Of a stretch of DNA of 64,000 nucleotides, positions 40,821 through 50,995 are shown piece by piece. The position numbers were made by a program, and so were the translations under genes. The first letter of the stretch is position 1; each line of letters opens with the position of its first letter. The stretch covers positions 1 to 64,000 of the forward strand of contig JAWXAQ010000022.1 of assembly GCA_034439575.1 (NCBI GenBank), in the 5' to 3' direction. This DNA is from Leptospira sp. (GTDB taxonomy: Bacteria > Spirochaetota > Leptospiria > Leptospirales > Leptospiraceae). The notes beneath the pieces were generated by a model, which ran no database searches, had not been told where the DNA came from, and saw nothing but the letters and a program-made list of their open reading frames with translations.

Positions 40821-40823
40821 CAA

Positions 40824-41825
40824 ATGTTTGATCCTATCTCTAAAGGTATAGATGATTTTGGCAATAGCCTTCTCCAAGCCTTGAACAATGTGCAGGGTCT
40901 TTTTGGGAAGGAATTGTCCGTTGCCAATCCAATAAAAGATAATATCTTACAATTGGTTGGAAACACGCCACTCATCCGATTGAATCGAATTGGATCAGAG
41001 TTTTCAGGCATCCATTTTTACCTTAAGGCAGAATTTTTAAATCCTACTGGTTCCGCCAAAGACCGCACAGCGCTTGCTATGTTTATAGACGCAGAGAGGC
41101 GAGGGCGCCTTAAGCGCGGTATGTCAGTGGTACTAATCGGTGCTGGATCTTCGGCGATTAGTTTTACTTGGATTGGAAAAATTAGACAATATCCTGTATT
41201 TTGTTTGGTGCCAATTGGTACCTCCTCAGAAAGGATTCAGGCACTGCGAGGTTATGGAGCCGAGGTAACAGTTGCAAGTAAGTCCGACGAACAATCGTTA
41301 ATGGAATTAGCAAATGTTAAAGCTCAAAAAGTAAATGGATGGATTCCTGATGAATCAGAAAATCCTGCCAATCCAAATTTTCATTTTAAGACTACTGGGC
41401 CTGAAATTTGGAGAGATTTACAAGGGAAAGTGGGAGCCATCGTTTCTGCCCCTGGTACTGGGGGTGCGATCACAGGCATCGGAAGATACTTGAAATCTCA
41501 AAATTCTAAAATCAAAGTAGTCCTTGCCGGAAAGCCAAATTCGTCTTATGTGAATTATGCGAAGGAAAAAGATAAAAAAAAGCAAGAGTCAATTTATCTG
41601 CCACCTGTTTTTGATCCTAAATTGATAGATTATACTTTTCCTATAAGTTCAGAAGAAGCCCTACATTTACAATCTGATCTTTATGAAAAAGAAGGAATAT
41701 TTGCTGGTTTAACAACGGGCACTGTCATCACGGGCGCTCTAAGATACTCGGAAACATTGCAAGAAACAATGGCAAATGAGAGAGAACCTTTTAATATTGT
41801 GATTCTTTCCCCAGATAGAGATTGA
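40824..41825 (+). CDS. PLP-dependent cysteine synthase-like protein (divergent)
   Basis: GNTPLI, NPTGSAKDR, TTGPEIW and GTGG motifs. Confidence 0.85.
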   Translation: MFDPISKGIDDFGNSLLQALNNVQGLFGKELSVANPIKDNILQLVGNTPLIRLNRIGSEFSGIHFYLKAEFLNPTGSAKDRTALAMFIDAERRGRLKRGMSVVLIGAGSSAISFTWIGKIRQYPVFCLVPIGTSSERIQALRGYGAEVTVASKSDEQSLMELANVKAQKVNGWIPDESENPANPNFHFKTTGPEIWRDLQGKVGAIVSAPGTGGAITGIGRYLKSQNSKIKVVLAGKPNSSYVNYAKEKDKKKQESIYLPPVFDPKLIDYTFPISSEEALHLQSDLYEKEGIFAGLTTGTVITGALRYSETLQETMANEREPFNIVILSPDRD

Positions 41826-41830
41826 GATTT

Positions 41831-43690
41831 TTATAATTCCACTAACAAAACAGTAATATCATCTGATATAGGTGAGCGTTTTTTGTTTAAAGAATTTATA
41901 ATCTCAGTTATATAATTTTCTGATGATTTGTTTTTTAGTTCTCGCATTACTTCGATTAGAACTTCGGTAGAAGTGTTTTCTATACTGATATCATCATTTA
42001 ATCCATCCGTATAAAATAAGAGTTTATCACCTTTTTCTAAATTTAAAGTATAAAGATTATAATCTACATGGGTTATAAATCCCAATAGAAATCCTTCTGA
42101 TTCTAAAGGAACAATTTGATCCTTGCGAATCAATATAATCGGCGGATGACCAGCAGTCGCGAAGGTCATTTTCCCATTCTGTAAATCTATATATGAATAT
42201 ACGGCACTCACAAACCTTTGGTCTAGAGTTTCCAATAGAAATTGATTCATATTGGATAGTAATTTGTTTGGTGAATGCATCCATTGTTTCTCATTTCGAA
42301 ATGCAATTTTGACAGTTGATGAGTCCATAGCTGCACTCACTCCGTGACCTGTTACATCGGCGAGTAATATCCCGAGTTTATTCTCATCAAATTCATGGAA
42401 GTCATAAAAATCTCCTCCGACTGCATGTAGCGGAAGATAGGTGACAGAGATTTTGGCATCAAAAACTTTAGGTATATGTAATGGTAAAATTCGATTTTGA
42501 ATTTTTCTTGCTACATCCAAATCTTTTTCGATTAATAAAAGTTTGGCGTTTACTCTTTCTTTTTCTAGAGTAAGACTTTTGATCCTTCGACCAATTGCTA
42601 TTGAGAATAATATCACTTCTAATAGTGAGGAGAGTTGGGTTCCAAATCGCCCAAGCCAGAATTCCATGGGAATATATCCCAAGTTAGTTAAAGTTTCCAG
42701 CAAAACACCAATTGTGACAATGATCCATGCCAGGAGAAAAAATTCAGATTGTTTGACTCCCTTATTGTAACCATAAACCGCACTAATGATCATCAATAAG
42801 GATCCCAATGGTAAAAATACATTCATTGATCGTACCATCAGCCCAAAGTCCAAGAAGGGAGAAATGATAGCCATACCTAATGAAAAGTAGGCGGAATAAC
42901 TTAGGATCTTGGCCCACCTGACATTGAATTTGGAAATTTCCAAAAATTCATTCGTAAATTGTAAAACCGAAAAAATTGTCAGATAAGATACTATAAATAA
43001 TCCAGGTTTTATAAAAAAAGTATGATTTGGTGTAAAGAATTGTTTCAAAAATCCACCTAATATCAAATAAACGAAAAAGACAGATAGAATATAAGAACAA
43101 TAGTATAAAAAACTCCTTTCCCTTATGGAATAATAGATAAATAAATTATAAAATAAGAGTGAGATCATGGCTCCAAAATATAAGCCATGGATGATATATT
43201 CACCTTGCGTTTTGTTGATAAAATCTGTTTCATTCCAGATTCGGAGTGGGGCAGTGAGGAGTCCTGAGTTCGAAAGTTTAAAATAAATATCAGTGATTTC
43301 TTTAGGAGCTAGTTTGATTCGAAAACAGGGATTTCTATGAAAGATTTGGTTATTTTTGGGATTTGAAAATACTCCTGACTTTTCTTTAAAAATTAAATTT
43401 CCATTCGTCACTTGGTAGTATTCTATATGATCCAAATAGGAAACGCCCAATTCTAAAATGAATACCTGCTCTAAGTTAGTTGTATTTTCTAGTTTTGTTT
43501 TGACCCAAAGCGGAGGACGACTCGTTCCAAAATTTTGTATACCTTTTCCCACTTCCACCCAATCATTTTCGAATGTGGAAAGTTTTTCAAATGGGATATC
43601 CATATCTAATATCGATAGGTTCGGTCGATTTATATTTGCATTGCACTGAAATAAAAATAAGGAAATGAAAAGGCTAAATAATAATTTCAT
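41831..43690 (-). CDS. 7TM-DISM sensor fused to a SpoIIE/PP2C phosphatase
   Basis: Extracellular domain, seven TM helices, VGGDFYD, ADVTGHG, YTDG and DDIT motifs. Confidence 0.92.
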   Translation of the reverse strand: MKLLFSLFISLFLFQCNANINRPNLSILDMDIPFEKLSTFENDWVEVGKGIQNFGTSRPPLWVKTKLENTTNLEQVFILELGVSYLDHIEYYQVTNGNLIFKEKSGVFSNPKNNQIFHRNPCFRIKLAPKEITDIYFKLSNSGLLTAPLRIWNETDFINKTQGEYIIHGLYFGAMISLLFYNLFIYYSIRERSFLYYCSYILSVFFVYLILGGFLKQFFTPNHTFFIKPGLFIVSYLTIFSVLQFTNEFLEISKFNVRWAKILSYSAYFSLGMAIISPFLDFGLMVRSMNVFLPLGSLLMIISAVYGYNKGVKQSEFFLLAWIIVTIGVLLETLTNLGYIPMEFWLGRFGTQLSSLLEVILFSIAIGRRIKSLTLEKERVNAKLLLIEKDLDVARKIQNRILPLHIPKVFDAKISVTYLPLHAVGGDFYDFHEFDENKLGILLADVTGHGVSAAMDSSTVKIAFRNEKQWMHSPNKLLSNMNQFLLETLDQRFVSAVYSYIDLQNGKMTFATAGHPPIILIRKDQIVPLESEGFLLGFITHVDYNLYTLNLEKGDKLLFYTDGLNDDISIENTSTEVLIEVMRELKNKSSENYITEIINSLNKKRSPISDDITVLLVEL

Positions 43691-43713
43691 ATCAGGAAAA
43701 GAAAAGTTTTATA

Positions 43714-44760
43714 TTACCATTTTTCCTTTTCTTCTGCAAAACTAAACTGCCTCATAATATTAAATCCCAGACAAAATTCTTTTTTAGTGGTATCAAAATC
43801 GGCACCACGTAGCAGTTGTGTGTGGGCGAGACTTCGCGTATTGGCAACAAAGAATTGAAATACATGGCCACCTGTTTCCAGATCAATTCCTATACCAATG
43901 GGTATAAATTTATGTTTTACTGGTTCATCTAAAATGATGTTTTTAAGTATTACTTCCGTTAAGCTAATTGATCCATTTGTCAAACCTAGATTGATCTGGT
44001 CTGAGCTAAGTTGTGTGATGCTTGTTTGGCTCGTTTTTTGTGATTCAGTGGTATAGTTTTCTCCAAAATAATCTCTTTTGGGTGTGAGGATGGTACTGAA
44101 ACTAAAATCCAAACGATTCGTAATTTTAAATCTGCCACTGATATCTAAACCGACGCGGGCATTGCCTATTTTTTCCTGAGTGAAATTTCTATGAACATAC
44201 ATAGGGGATGCTTGCACAGTAAAAGAGTCGGTCCATTTTCTGGAAATAAGGAGGGAACTTAAATAAGACCTTTTATCCTGATCACTCAAGGTATAAGTGT
44301 TGAGATCTCCATTGAGTTTAGTATCTAATACAGAATTTCCCGTCCAATTACGATTGAAATAATTATACTTATAACTTTGATCCGAAGTTTCTTGGCCAAT
44401 GGCTCCGAAAAAACTAATGGTTAGAGGGAATGAATCTTGCGAGATGATTTTATATTTGGTTCTAAGTTCCCAGGTTTTATCAGCAGATGTTCGTGCTATC
44501 CCCACCATAAGATCATCTGTAATGCCATAATCGAGCGCGAGATGAGTGTTTGCTCCATCATCTAATCCATAAAAATTTTCAAAACCAGATTTCGCATTTC
44601 CAAATCTATGATTGAAACGAAAGACTAAATTTTTTGCGCCAATGTTTTCTGTGCTTGGCATAAAAATAAGGCTAGATCCCATGAAATGTGTGTTTGTTGG
44701 TGTTTGTGCGATCAAAACACAGGGAAAGAATAACAAATTAATAATTCTAAAAATTTTCAT
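43714..44760 (-). CDS. DUF5777-like outer-membrane beta-barrel protein
   Basis: FRFNHRFG, FYGLDDGA, LDYGITD and IDLETGGHVFQ motifs. Confidence 0.8.
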   Translation of the reverse strand: MKIFRIINLLFFPCVLIAQTPTNTHFMGSSLIFMPSTENIGAKNLVFRFNHRFGNAKSGFENFYGLDDGANTHLALDYGITDDLMVGIARTSADKTWELRTKYKIISQDSFPLTISFFGAIGQETSDQSYKYNYFNRNWTGNSVLDTKLNGDLNTYTLSDQDKRSYLSSLLISRKWTDSFTVQASPMYVHRNFTQEKIGNARVGLDISGRFKITNRLDFSFSTILTPKRDYFGENYTTESQKTSQTSITQLSSDQINLGLTNGSISLTEVILKNIILDEPVKHKFIPIGIGIDLETGGHVFQFFVANTRSLAHTQLLRGADFDTTKKEFCLGFNIMRQFSFAEEKEKW

Positions 44761-45293
44761 TCTTTACTCCAAATTAGATTCACCTTAACTTTTATATCTT
44801 GATTTACTTTTAGAAAAACCAATTTAGGGACTTCAATATTATATTCACTCAAACGTATCGTAAAATAAGAAGTTTGTTCAATATCTGCACCTAACTTACT
44901 CAAATTTCCTGTGATTTCAACGTTTTCTTTTTTAACACCGTGCAATTCTAAACTACCTACTGTTTTAACTTCTCCTTCATTTTTAATCTCTAAAACTTTA
45001 CCAATGAATTTTGCCGTCGGGAACTTTTGAATTTCGAAATAATTGTCATGTAAGTGAGATGTTTGTAAGTTGTTGCTTGTGCGAATGGAACCGAGTGTGA
45101 TTTCTATATATATTTCTTTGGTATCTAGATTTAAGGTCCCTTTGACACCTTGGCCATCACCGTAAATAGATTCTAAATCCGTTTCTGATTTGAAAAAAAC
45201 TTTTCCCGATTTGACTTTCCATTCTTTGCTTTCTGCATACAAAGTACTAAAAAAGAAGACTGGAATAAGGATGATAATACGAATCATTTTCAT
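44757..45293 (-). CDS. YceI family (polyisoprenoid/quinone-binding) protein
   Basis: HLHDNYFEIQKFPTAKF, GSLELHGVKK and EYNIEVP motifs; ATGA coupling at 45290-45293. Confidence 0.88.
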   Translation of the reverse strand: MKMIRIIILIPVFFFSTLYAESKEWKVKSGKVFFKSETDLESIYGDGQGVKGTLNLDTKEIYIEITLGSIRTSNNLQTSHLHDNYFEIQKFPTAKFIGKVLEIKNEGEVKTVGSLELHGVKKENVEITGNLSKLGADIEQTSYFTIRLSEYNIEVPKLVFLKVNQDIKVKVNLIWSKE

Positions 45294-45724
45294 GGATTTG
45301 CACCACCTTGGATCCAACAATAGAGTGCTGAATCAATTGTAGAGTTTGAATAAACGGCCATATTCCCTCTAGATTGGATGATATACAAAGTGGAACCAGA
45401 AGCATTGCCTGGACTCGTAAATCCTTTCACCTGTGTGTAGTTACTTGCTTGGTAGCGAGTCGTTCCATCGTGACAACCAGACCTGCCACAACTTGTCTCA
45501 AAACCAGCCGCTTTCAATGTGGAGAATGTGGGAGAAGCTGTTGTGCAATTGGGAGATGCGGAAGATGTTTGGGAATTGGAACTCCTGGTTGTGATGGCAG
45601 AAACCAAAAAAGATTGCCAGGCTATTTCTTTTTCTTTGTCGCTCGCGGATGTATAACTACAGTTAAATGAAAATAAGAAAATAATAAGTGATAATTGGAG
45701 GAGTTTTTGTTTGCGATTTTTCAT
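45290..45724 (-). CDS. Lipoprotein with a CX4CH putative haem-c motif
   Basis: FSFNC lipobox; CGRSGCH, GNMA and YCWIQGGA. Confidence 0.78.
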   Translation of the reverse strand: MKNRKQKLLQLSLIIFLFSFNCSYTSASDKEKEIAWQSFLVSAITTRSSNSQTSSASPNCTTASPTFSTLKAAGFETSCGRSGCHDGTTRYQASNYTQVKGFTSPGNASGSTLYIIQSRGNMAVYSNSTIDSALYCWIQGGANP

Positions 45725-45743
45725 TTGATTCTATTTCGAATTT

Positions 45744-46199
45744 TTATTGTTTAGTCCCACCTAATATCCAACAATAAATCGCTTTATCAATGGATTGTGT
45801 GGTGTGAATTGCCATGGAACCAGTAGACTGAGCTGTGTACAATTTAGAAGTCGTCGGCGATGCACTTTGTGTTTGTGTGAGAACTTCTGAAATTACACTC
45901 GCACGATAGATACTCGCACCAGAACCACCTGTTACATGACAGCCAGAGGCACCGCAAGTAGACTCAAAGCCAGCATCCTTTAACGTGGAGAATGTGGGTG
46001 CTGAAACTTCACAAGTAGGAATTGGAAATTTTCCTGTTTGGCCCGTTGTATTTGTAGTAGAAGTTGCACCCGAAGAACGAGCCAAAACAAGAAGCCCAAG
46101 AAGAGTCTCATCATTTGATTCATCTTTCGGACTTATGAGATCGCATTGAAAACCGAAGAGGATCAAAACTAAAAATAAGTGTTTGTAAAAAAATTGCAC
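45744..46199 (-). CDS. Lipoprotein with a CX4CH putative haem-c motif, paralog of the downstream gene
   Basis: FGFQC lipobox; PTFSTLK.AGFE..CGASGCH, GSMA and YCWILGG. Confidence 0.78.
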   Translation of the reverse strand: MQFFYKHLFLVLILFGFQCDLISPKDESNDETLLGLLVLARSSGATSTTNTTGQTGKFPIPTCEVSAPTFSTLKDAGFESTCGASGCHVTGGSGASIYRASVISEVLTQTQSASPTTSKLYTAQSTGSMAIHTTQSIDKAIYCWILGGTKQ

Positions 46200-46294
46200 T
46201 TTGTAACCTACCTTATGTTTGTAAAATTTGGGATTAAATAAAACTTAAGACACAAAATACTGGTTCAATATTTTCTTAACAAGAAATTTTAATT

Positions 46295-48019
46295 TTAGTT
46301 AGCTGTTCTTTCAAATAATTTCTTGATATCGGGTAGCGAATCTCTTGTTACTTGTTCTCCCAATTTGATAAATTCGCTAGATCGCCAAAATTCAAACCAA
46401 TTGGAATTAGGTAAAATTGGGTTTAGATAAACATCTGCATCTTGGGCTGAATATTTCCCGATCCGGTATTGTAGTGAATAAAGGCTATTGACTATGATAT
46501 CCAAAACATTCAGGTTCAATAATTTGTTCGTTGCCATTTGGTCTTTAGAAGAGGGCATTGAATTCACAGCGATGATTCGCTCGACACCTTCGTGAGTCAA
46601 GGGTGACACAGGCAATGGATTCACTATCCCTCCATCCACATAGATTTTTCCGTTTTCTTGGGCTTGTGGAGAAAAAACACCTGGGATCGAAATACTTGCC
46701 ATAAGTGCGTCTAAAACCTTTCCTTCAGAAAGAACGATTTCTTTTCGATTTGTAATATCACACGTGATCAATCGTAGTTTGATTGGCAATTCTTCGAAGG
46801 TAAGATCACCTAAGTATTTTTCTAATAGATTTCTGACTTGTTTTCCGTGAAGTAATCCTTGGCCTGGAAAAGATAAATCTACTAGTTTGAACATTTTAAA
46901 AATCGAATCGATTTCATTTAACAGAGGTAATATGCCTTTATAACCTAAACCACTGGCCCAAAATGCACCAATCACTGCACCAATACTCGTACCTGAAATG
47001 ATATCAACTGTTAGGCCTTCTTCTTCCATAACCTTCATGATGCCTACTTGTGCCAATCCAAGTGCGGCACCTCCACCAAGGGCAATCCCAACTTGGATGC
47101 CTGAAAGTTCTCTCGCTTTACGGGTGATATGTGTATAGAACTTATTGTCACTTACACTAAAATCAATTTTTGTTTCACAATACATGGTATCATTTGATCT
47201 TTTTTCTTCGGAAAGAAATTCCATGTTCTGAATATCATTTTTATTAAATTCATTACCTACCAAATGATCAATGTTATCTGATTCATCAATCAATGCTTTT
47301 TTCAGATCTATAGGATCTTCTGGAAAAATTTCTAAAAAAATAAAAGAGTGGGTTGGATAATGTCGACCTAAAGTTTCTTTGATTCGATCCAAATCTCTAA
47401 ATCGATACGATTTAACTAAATCTGATTTATATTCATCTGGCATGGAACGCTGGTTAAAGCGGAGGATAATTACTTTTTTACCTGATTCTTTTTCGATTGA
47501 TTCTGCTAATTTAATAGAATAATAATTTGCCGCTAGTTCTGAATTATGGACAAAACAAATGACAGAGTTTTTAAAATACTCTCTGCTTCCTAGAAGTTCA
47601 TTTCGCAGAGTTTTTGTTAACATACGAGAAAAGGTAATGGATAGAAAGGGAATTTTACGAATTAATTCTTGGAATTCTCTTTGGTTTAAAACTAAAAAGC
47701 GGGATTCTGTAAGAGTTCGTACAGAATGAGAATGTTCTTCGCCAGTCAGTAGGGAATGGATGCCAAAGTATTCCCCTTTTTTTAAAATTTGAAGTTCCTC
47801 TTCTTTTGTTTCCCCTTTGGAAGGCAGAAATACGGATACAGAACCCGATAGAATCAAATATAAACTGTGATCTTTTCCGCCTTTTTTATAGAGCAATTCG
47901 TCTCGTTTAGCTTCCACAATTTGAACGGATTCGGCGATCCAAACCAATTCCTTTCTAGATAAACTACGAAATAATGGTAATCCAGAAACTAGGTGAATTT
48001 TGCCTTCGAGGTCTTTCAT
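46295..48019 (-). CDS. cNMP-binding domain plus patatin-like phospholipase (NTE family)
   Basis: N-terminal cNMP domain (GEYFG); GGGAALG, GTSIG and DGG motifs. Confidence 0.92.
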   Translation of the reverse strand: MKDLEGKIHLVSGLPLFRSLSRKELVWIAESVQIVEAKRDELLYKKGGKDHSLYLILSGSVSVFLPSKGETKEEELQILKKGEYFGIHSLLTGEEHSHSVRTLTESRFLVLNQREFQELIRKIPFLSITFSRMLTKTLRNELLGSREYFKNSVICFVHNSELAANYYSIKLAESIEKESGKKVIILRFNQRSMPDEYKSDLVKSYRFRDLDRIKETLGRHYPTHSFIFLEIFPEDPIDLKKALIDESDNIDHLVGNEFNKNDIQNMEFLSEEKRSNDTMYCETKIDFSVSDNKFYTHITRKARELSGIQVGIALGGGAALGLAQVGIMKVMEEEGLTVDIISGTSIGAVIGAFWASGLGYKGILPLLNEIDSIFKMFKLVDLSFPGQGLLHGKQVRNLLEKYLGDLTFEELPIKLRLITCDITNRKEIVLSEGKVLDALMASISIPGVFSPQAQENGKIYVDGGIVNPLPVSPLTHEGVERIIAVNSMPSSKDQMATNKLLNLNVLDIIVNSLYSLQYRIGKYSAQDADVYLNPILPNSNWFEFWRSSEFIKLGEQVTRDSLPDIKKLFERTAN

Positions 48020-48095
48020 TTTGCCTACTTATATAACCAAATTCTAGAATCTTTGGTCTATGAAATTTTGTTTTTAATTTTTTTATGTTTTTTTC

Positions 48096-48125
48096 TTGAC
48101 TAATTATTTGTTAAGTAGTTATCGT
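48096..48125 (+). promoter_or_regulatory. recN promoter with an overlapping candidate LexA box
   Basis: TTGACT-N18-TATCGT; imperfect palindrome CTAATTATTTGTTAAG at 48100-48115. Confidence 0.55.
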
Positions 48126-48149
48126 ATGTATAGTAAACAGGAGACACGT

Positions 48150-49859
48150 ATGATTACTCACCTTAAAATTCGAGATTTTGCCCTTCTAGAATCCTTGGAT
48201 CTGGATTTAAAAACAGGCCTAGCCGTATTTACTGGAGAATCAGGCTCCGGTAAATCTTTAGTTTTTGACTCCATTGCCTCTTTACTCGGAGGCAGGTGCA
48301 CGACTGCGAACATCCGAACTGGGAAAGAAAAGTATTCAATCCAGGCCATCATCAATTTGACAGAACACCCCGTGGCAAAAGAATATTTGGAAAAACAAGG
48401 CTTTCAAAGAGAAGGAGAAGAAATCATTCTCACAAAGGAATTATATAAAGATGGTAAGGCGCGAGTTAAAATTGGGGATTCCTTAGCATCCACAGCACAC
48501 TTAAGAGAGTTTGGAAAGTGCATAGCAGAAGTCCATAGCCAAAACGAACAATTATTCTTACTCGAAAAATCTCACCAATTGGAGTTTTTAGATCGCTTTG
48601 CTCACTTAGAGTCAATGCGTGCTAAAGTTAAATTATCCTTACAAAACTTTCGTCATTGGAAGGAAAAATTGAACGGCTTTGACGAAACACTTTTATACTC
48701 AAAAAAACGTAGGGAAACTCTTAATTTTGAGATAGATGAGATCGAATCCATTTCCCCCAAGGAAGGCGAAGATGAGTCCTTGTTACGTGAAGAACAATTT
48801 TTGGCCAATGGGGAAAAGTTAGCTGAGAACTATCGTTATATACTCAACGAGATGATTGAAAAGGAAAATTCTATCCTCAAAGTTTTTCCGAGCCTCCTTC
48901 ATTCTGTAGAAAAAATTTCACAACTCCTTCCTGAAAAACAAGCCTTACGTGAAGAATGGGAAGATATATATGACAGGTTAAAAATACTAAAAGCGACGAT
49001 TCGCGAAGAGGAGGAAGAGCTATTTTTTAGTCCAGACAGACTTGATATGGTACAAACTCGTCTCCAAGAATTGAACAAACTCAAAAAAAAATATGGAGCA
49101 GAAGTTCCAGAAATTCTTACCCAATTAGAAGAAAAAAAATCGGAATTGGAAAAGTGGACTATGGAGGCAGGAGATAGAGATTTCCTTTCTCAGAAATATG
49201 ATCAGTCACTAATCGAATTGAAAGAACTTGTTTTCCAATTATCACGTGCTAGACGAAATGCATTGTCCTCATTTGAAGACGAGGTCCAAAAGGAATTGAT
49301 GGATCTCGGAATGGAAGGTGCAAAATTGCAAGTTGTGCTTCGTTGGGAAGAAAACCCAGAAGGTGAAGTCGAAGAAGGATCCAAACTCTATTATTTAAGT
49401 GAGACGGGTCTAGACCAAATTGAATTTTATTTTAGTGCCAATGTGGGTGAAAAACCTCGACCTCTGCGTAAAGTTGCTTCAGGAGGAGAACTTTCTAGGG
49501 TGATGCTCGCGCTACGGAGTGCTCTTGGCAAATTGAGCCCTGCACCTCAGATTTTGATTTTGGACGAAATTGATACAGGCCTTGGAGGGGAAGCAGCGAC
49601 ATCTCTTGCCTCAAAAATCAAAAAACTATCTAGATCTTCACAGATTCTTCTCATCACTCATACCCAGCAAATTGCGGCAGTCGCCGATGAACATGTTAGA
49701 ATTGAAAAACAAACGGCCAATGGGAGAACCACCGCTTTTGCAAAAATTTTATCATTTGAGGAAAGAAAACGGGAACTCGCTAGAATGATCGGAGGCAAAC
49801 AATTAACGCAAGGAGTACTTAAGGCTGCCACTGATCTTTTACAGAAAAAAGCGGTCTGA
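48150..49859 (+). CDS. recN: DNA repair protein RecN
   Basis: TGESGSGKS, ASGGELSR, DEIDTG and ITH motifs; AGGAG RBS before ATG 48150. Confidence 0.96.
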   Translation: MITHLKIRDFALLESLDLDLKTGLAVFTGESGSGKSLVFDSIASLLGGRCTTANIRTGKEKYSIQAIINLTEHPVAKEYLEKQGFQREGEEIILTKELYKDGKARVKIGDSLASTAHLREFGKCIAEVHSQNEQLFLLEKSHQLEFLDRFAHLESMRAKVKLSLQNFRHWKEKLNGFDETLLYSKKRRETLNFEIDEIESISPKEGEDESLLREEQFLANGEKLAENYRYILNEMIEKENSILKVFPSLLHSVEKISQLLPEKQALREEWEDIYDRLKILKATIREEEEELFFSPDRLDMVQTRLQELNKLKKKYGAEVPEILTQLEEKKSELEKWTMEAGDRDFLSQKYDQSLIELKELVFQLSRARRNALSSFEDEVQKELMDLGMEGAKLQVVLRWEENPEGEVEEGSKLYYLSETGLDQIEFYFSANVGEKPRPLRKVASGGELSRVMLALRSALGKLSPAPQILILDEIDTGLGGEAATSLASKIKKLSRSSQILLITHTQQIAAVADEHVRIEKQTANGRTTAFAKILSFEERKRELARMIGGKQLTQGVLKAATDLLQKKAV

Positions 49860-49935
49860 ATTTAACTAAAATTGTATTTGGCGAAAAAGGGAAGAATGAA
49901 ATCCTTATTCTGTAATCCTGAATTGGGGCCATTTC

Positions 49936-50556
49936 ATGTTTTTTCCTTTCGCTAAATCAGACTCAGTTATTTCATCGGTTCCTCCGGAAACCATTCCAAT
50001 CATTATCATTTTCGTATCCATTGTTGGATTTACGATTATTATTGAACGTTTGGTTTACTTTTGGAAATTAAAACCGATTCCTTCGGACGACCTTAGAAAA
50101 ATTCGCGAGTATGCCCGCGAAAAAAAATGGGATGAAGCAAAAGACCTTCTTTTGCAAAAATCCCTTTCACCAGCTTCCGTTGTACTCCAATTGGCATTTG
50201 ACTTAAAAAGAAGAAATGTTGAATACCTTGAGGACGATGTCCGCCAAGAAGGTTTTCGCCAAATTTCTCTTATGGAAAAATACCTAACAAGCCTTGGAAC
50301 CATTGCTACCATAGCCCCTTTGTTAGGTGTACTTGGAACTGTGATTGGTATAGTTCGTTCCTTTGCGGAAGGTGCCGGAACCAAAGGTGCGGAAGTCGGT
50401 ATTTCAGAAGCTTTAGTGACAACAGCCATGGGACTTGGTGTGGCCATTCCTGCTTATGTGTTCTATAATTATTTTTCTCGTTCTAAAGAAGAGCGAACCA
50501 TAGAACTAGAAAATGCGACTGAACTTGTATTACCACATTTGGTAAAAAATAAATAA
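49936..50556 (+). CDS. exbB: MotA/TolQ/ExbB proton channel protein
   Basis: IAPLLGVLGTVIG and GISEALVTTAMGL motifs. Confidence 0.9.
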   Translation: MFFPFAKSDSVISSVPPETIPIIIIFVSIVGFTIIIERLVYFWKLKPIPSDDLRKIREYAREKKWDEAKDLLLQKSLSPASVVLQLAFDLKRRNVEYLEDDVRQEGFRQISLMEKYLTSLGTIATIAPLLGVLGTVIGIVRSFAEGAGTKGAEVGISEALVTTAMGLGVAIPAYVFYNYFSRSKEERTIELENATELVLPHLVKNK

Positions 50557-50559
50557 AGA

Positions 50560-50991
50560 ATGAAGTTTCGCAAGAAGCAAGAGTCATTTAATAAAATCGA
50601 ATTAGCTCCGCTAATCGATGTTATATCCTTTATAGTTATATATTTTTTAATGAATGCCACATTAGAAAAAAATACTGCCTTAAAAGTAGAACTACCTCGT
50701 TCTTCAAGTGTAGCGAAAGAGAAACAAAAAGACGAGTTAATCATCACTGTTGATAAATTGGGCAAAATATATTTGGATCAAAATACGGAAGCAGTGGCCT
50801 TAGAATCTCTGACCGATAAAATCAATGGATTCCTTGGACCAGAAAAAGAAAGAGATCCGAAAAAAAATAAAGTAATTATACGCGGAGATGGCGGAGCCTC
50901 ATACCAGGTCGTAGTTAAAGTCATAGACGCCGTGAACGCAGCAGGTGTTAGTCGATTTAACTTAGCAATGGTAAAAGGAACTTCGAAATAG
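50560..50991 (+). CDS. exbD: ExbD/TolR family protein
   Basis: LAPLIDV, VELP and IIRGD motifs. Confidence 0.9.
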   Translation: MKFRKKQESFNKIELAPLIDVISFIVIYFLMNATLEKNTALKVELPRSSSVAKEKQKDELIITVDKLGKIYLDQNTEAVALESLTDKINGFLGPEKERDPKKNKVIIRGDGGASYQVVVKVIDAVNAAGVSRFNLAMVKGTSK

Positions 50992-50995
50992 TTCT

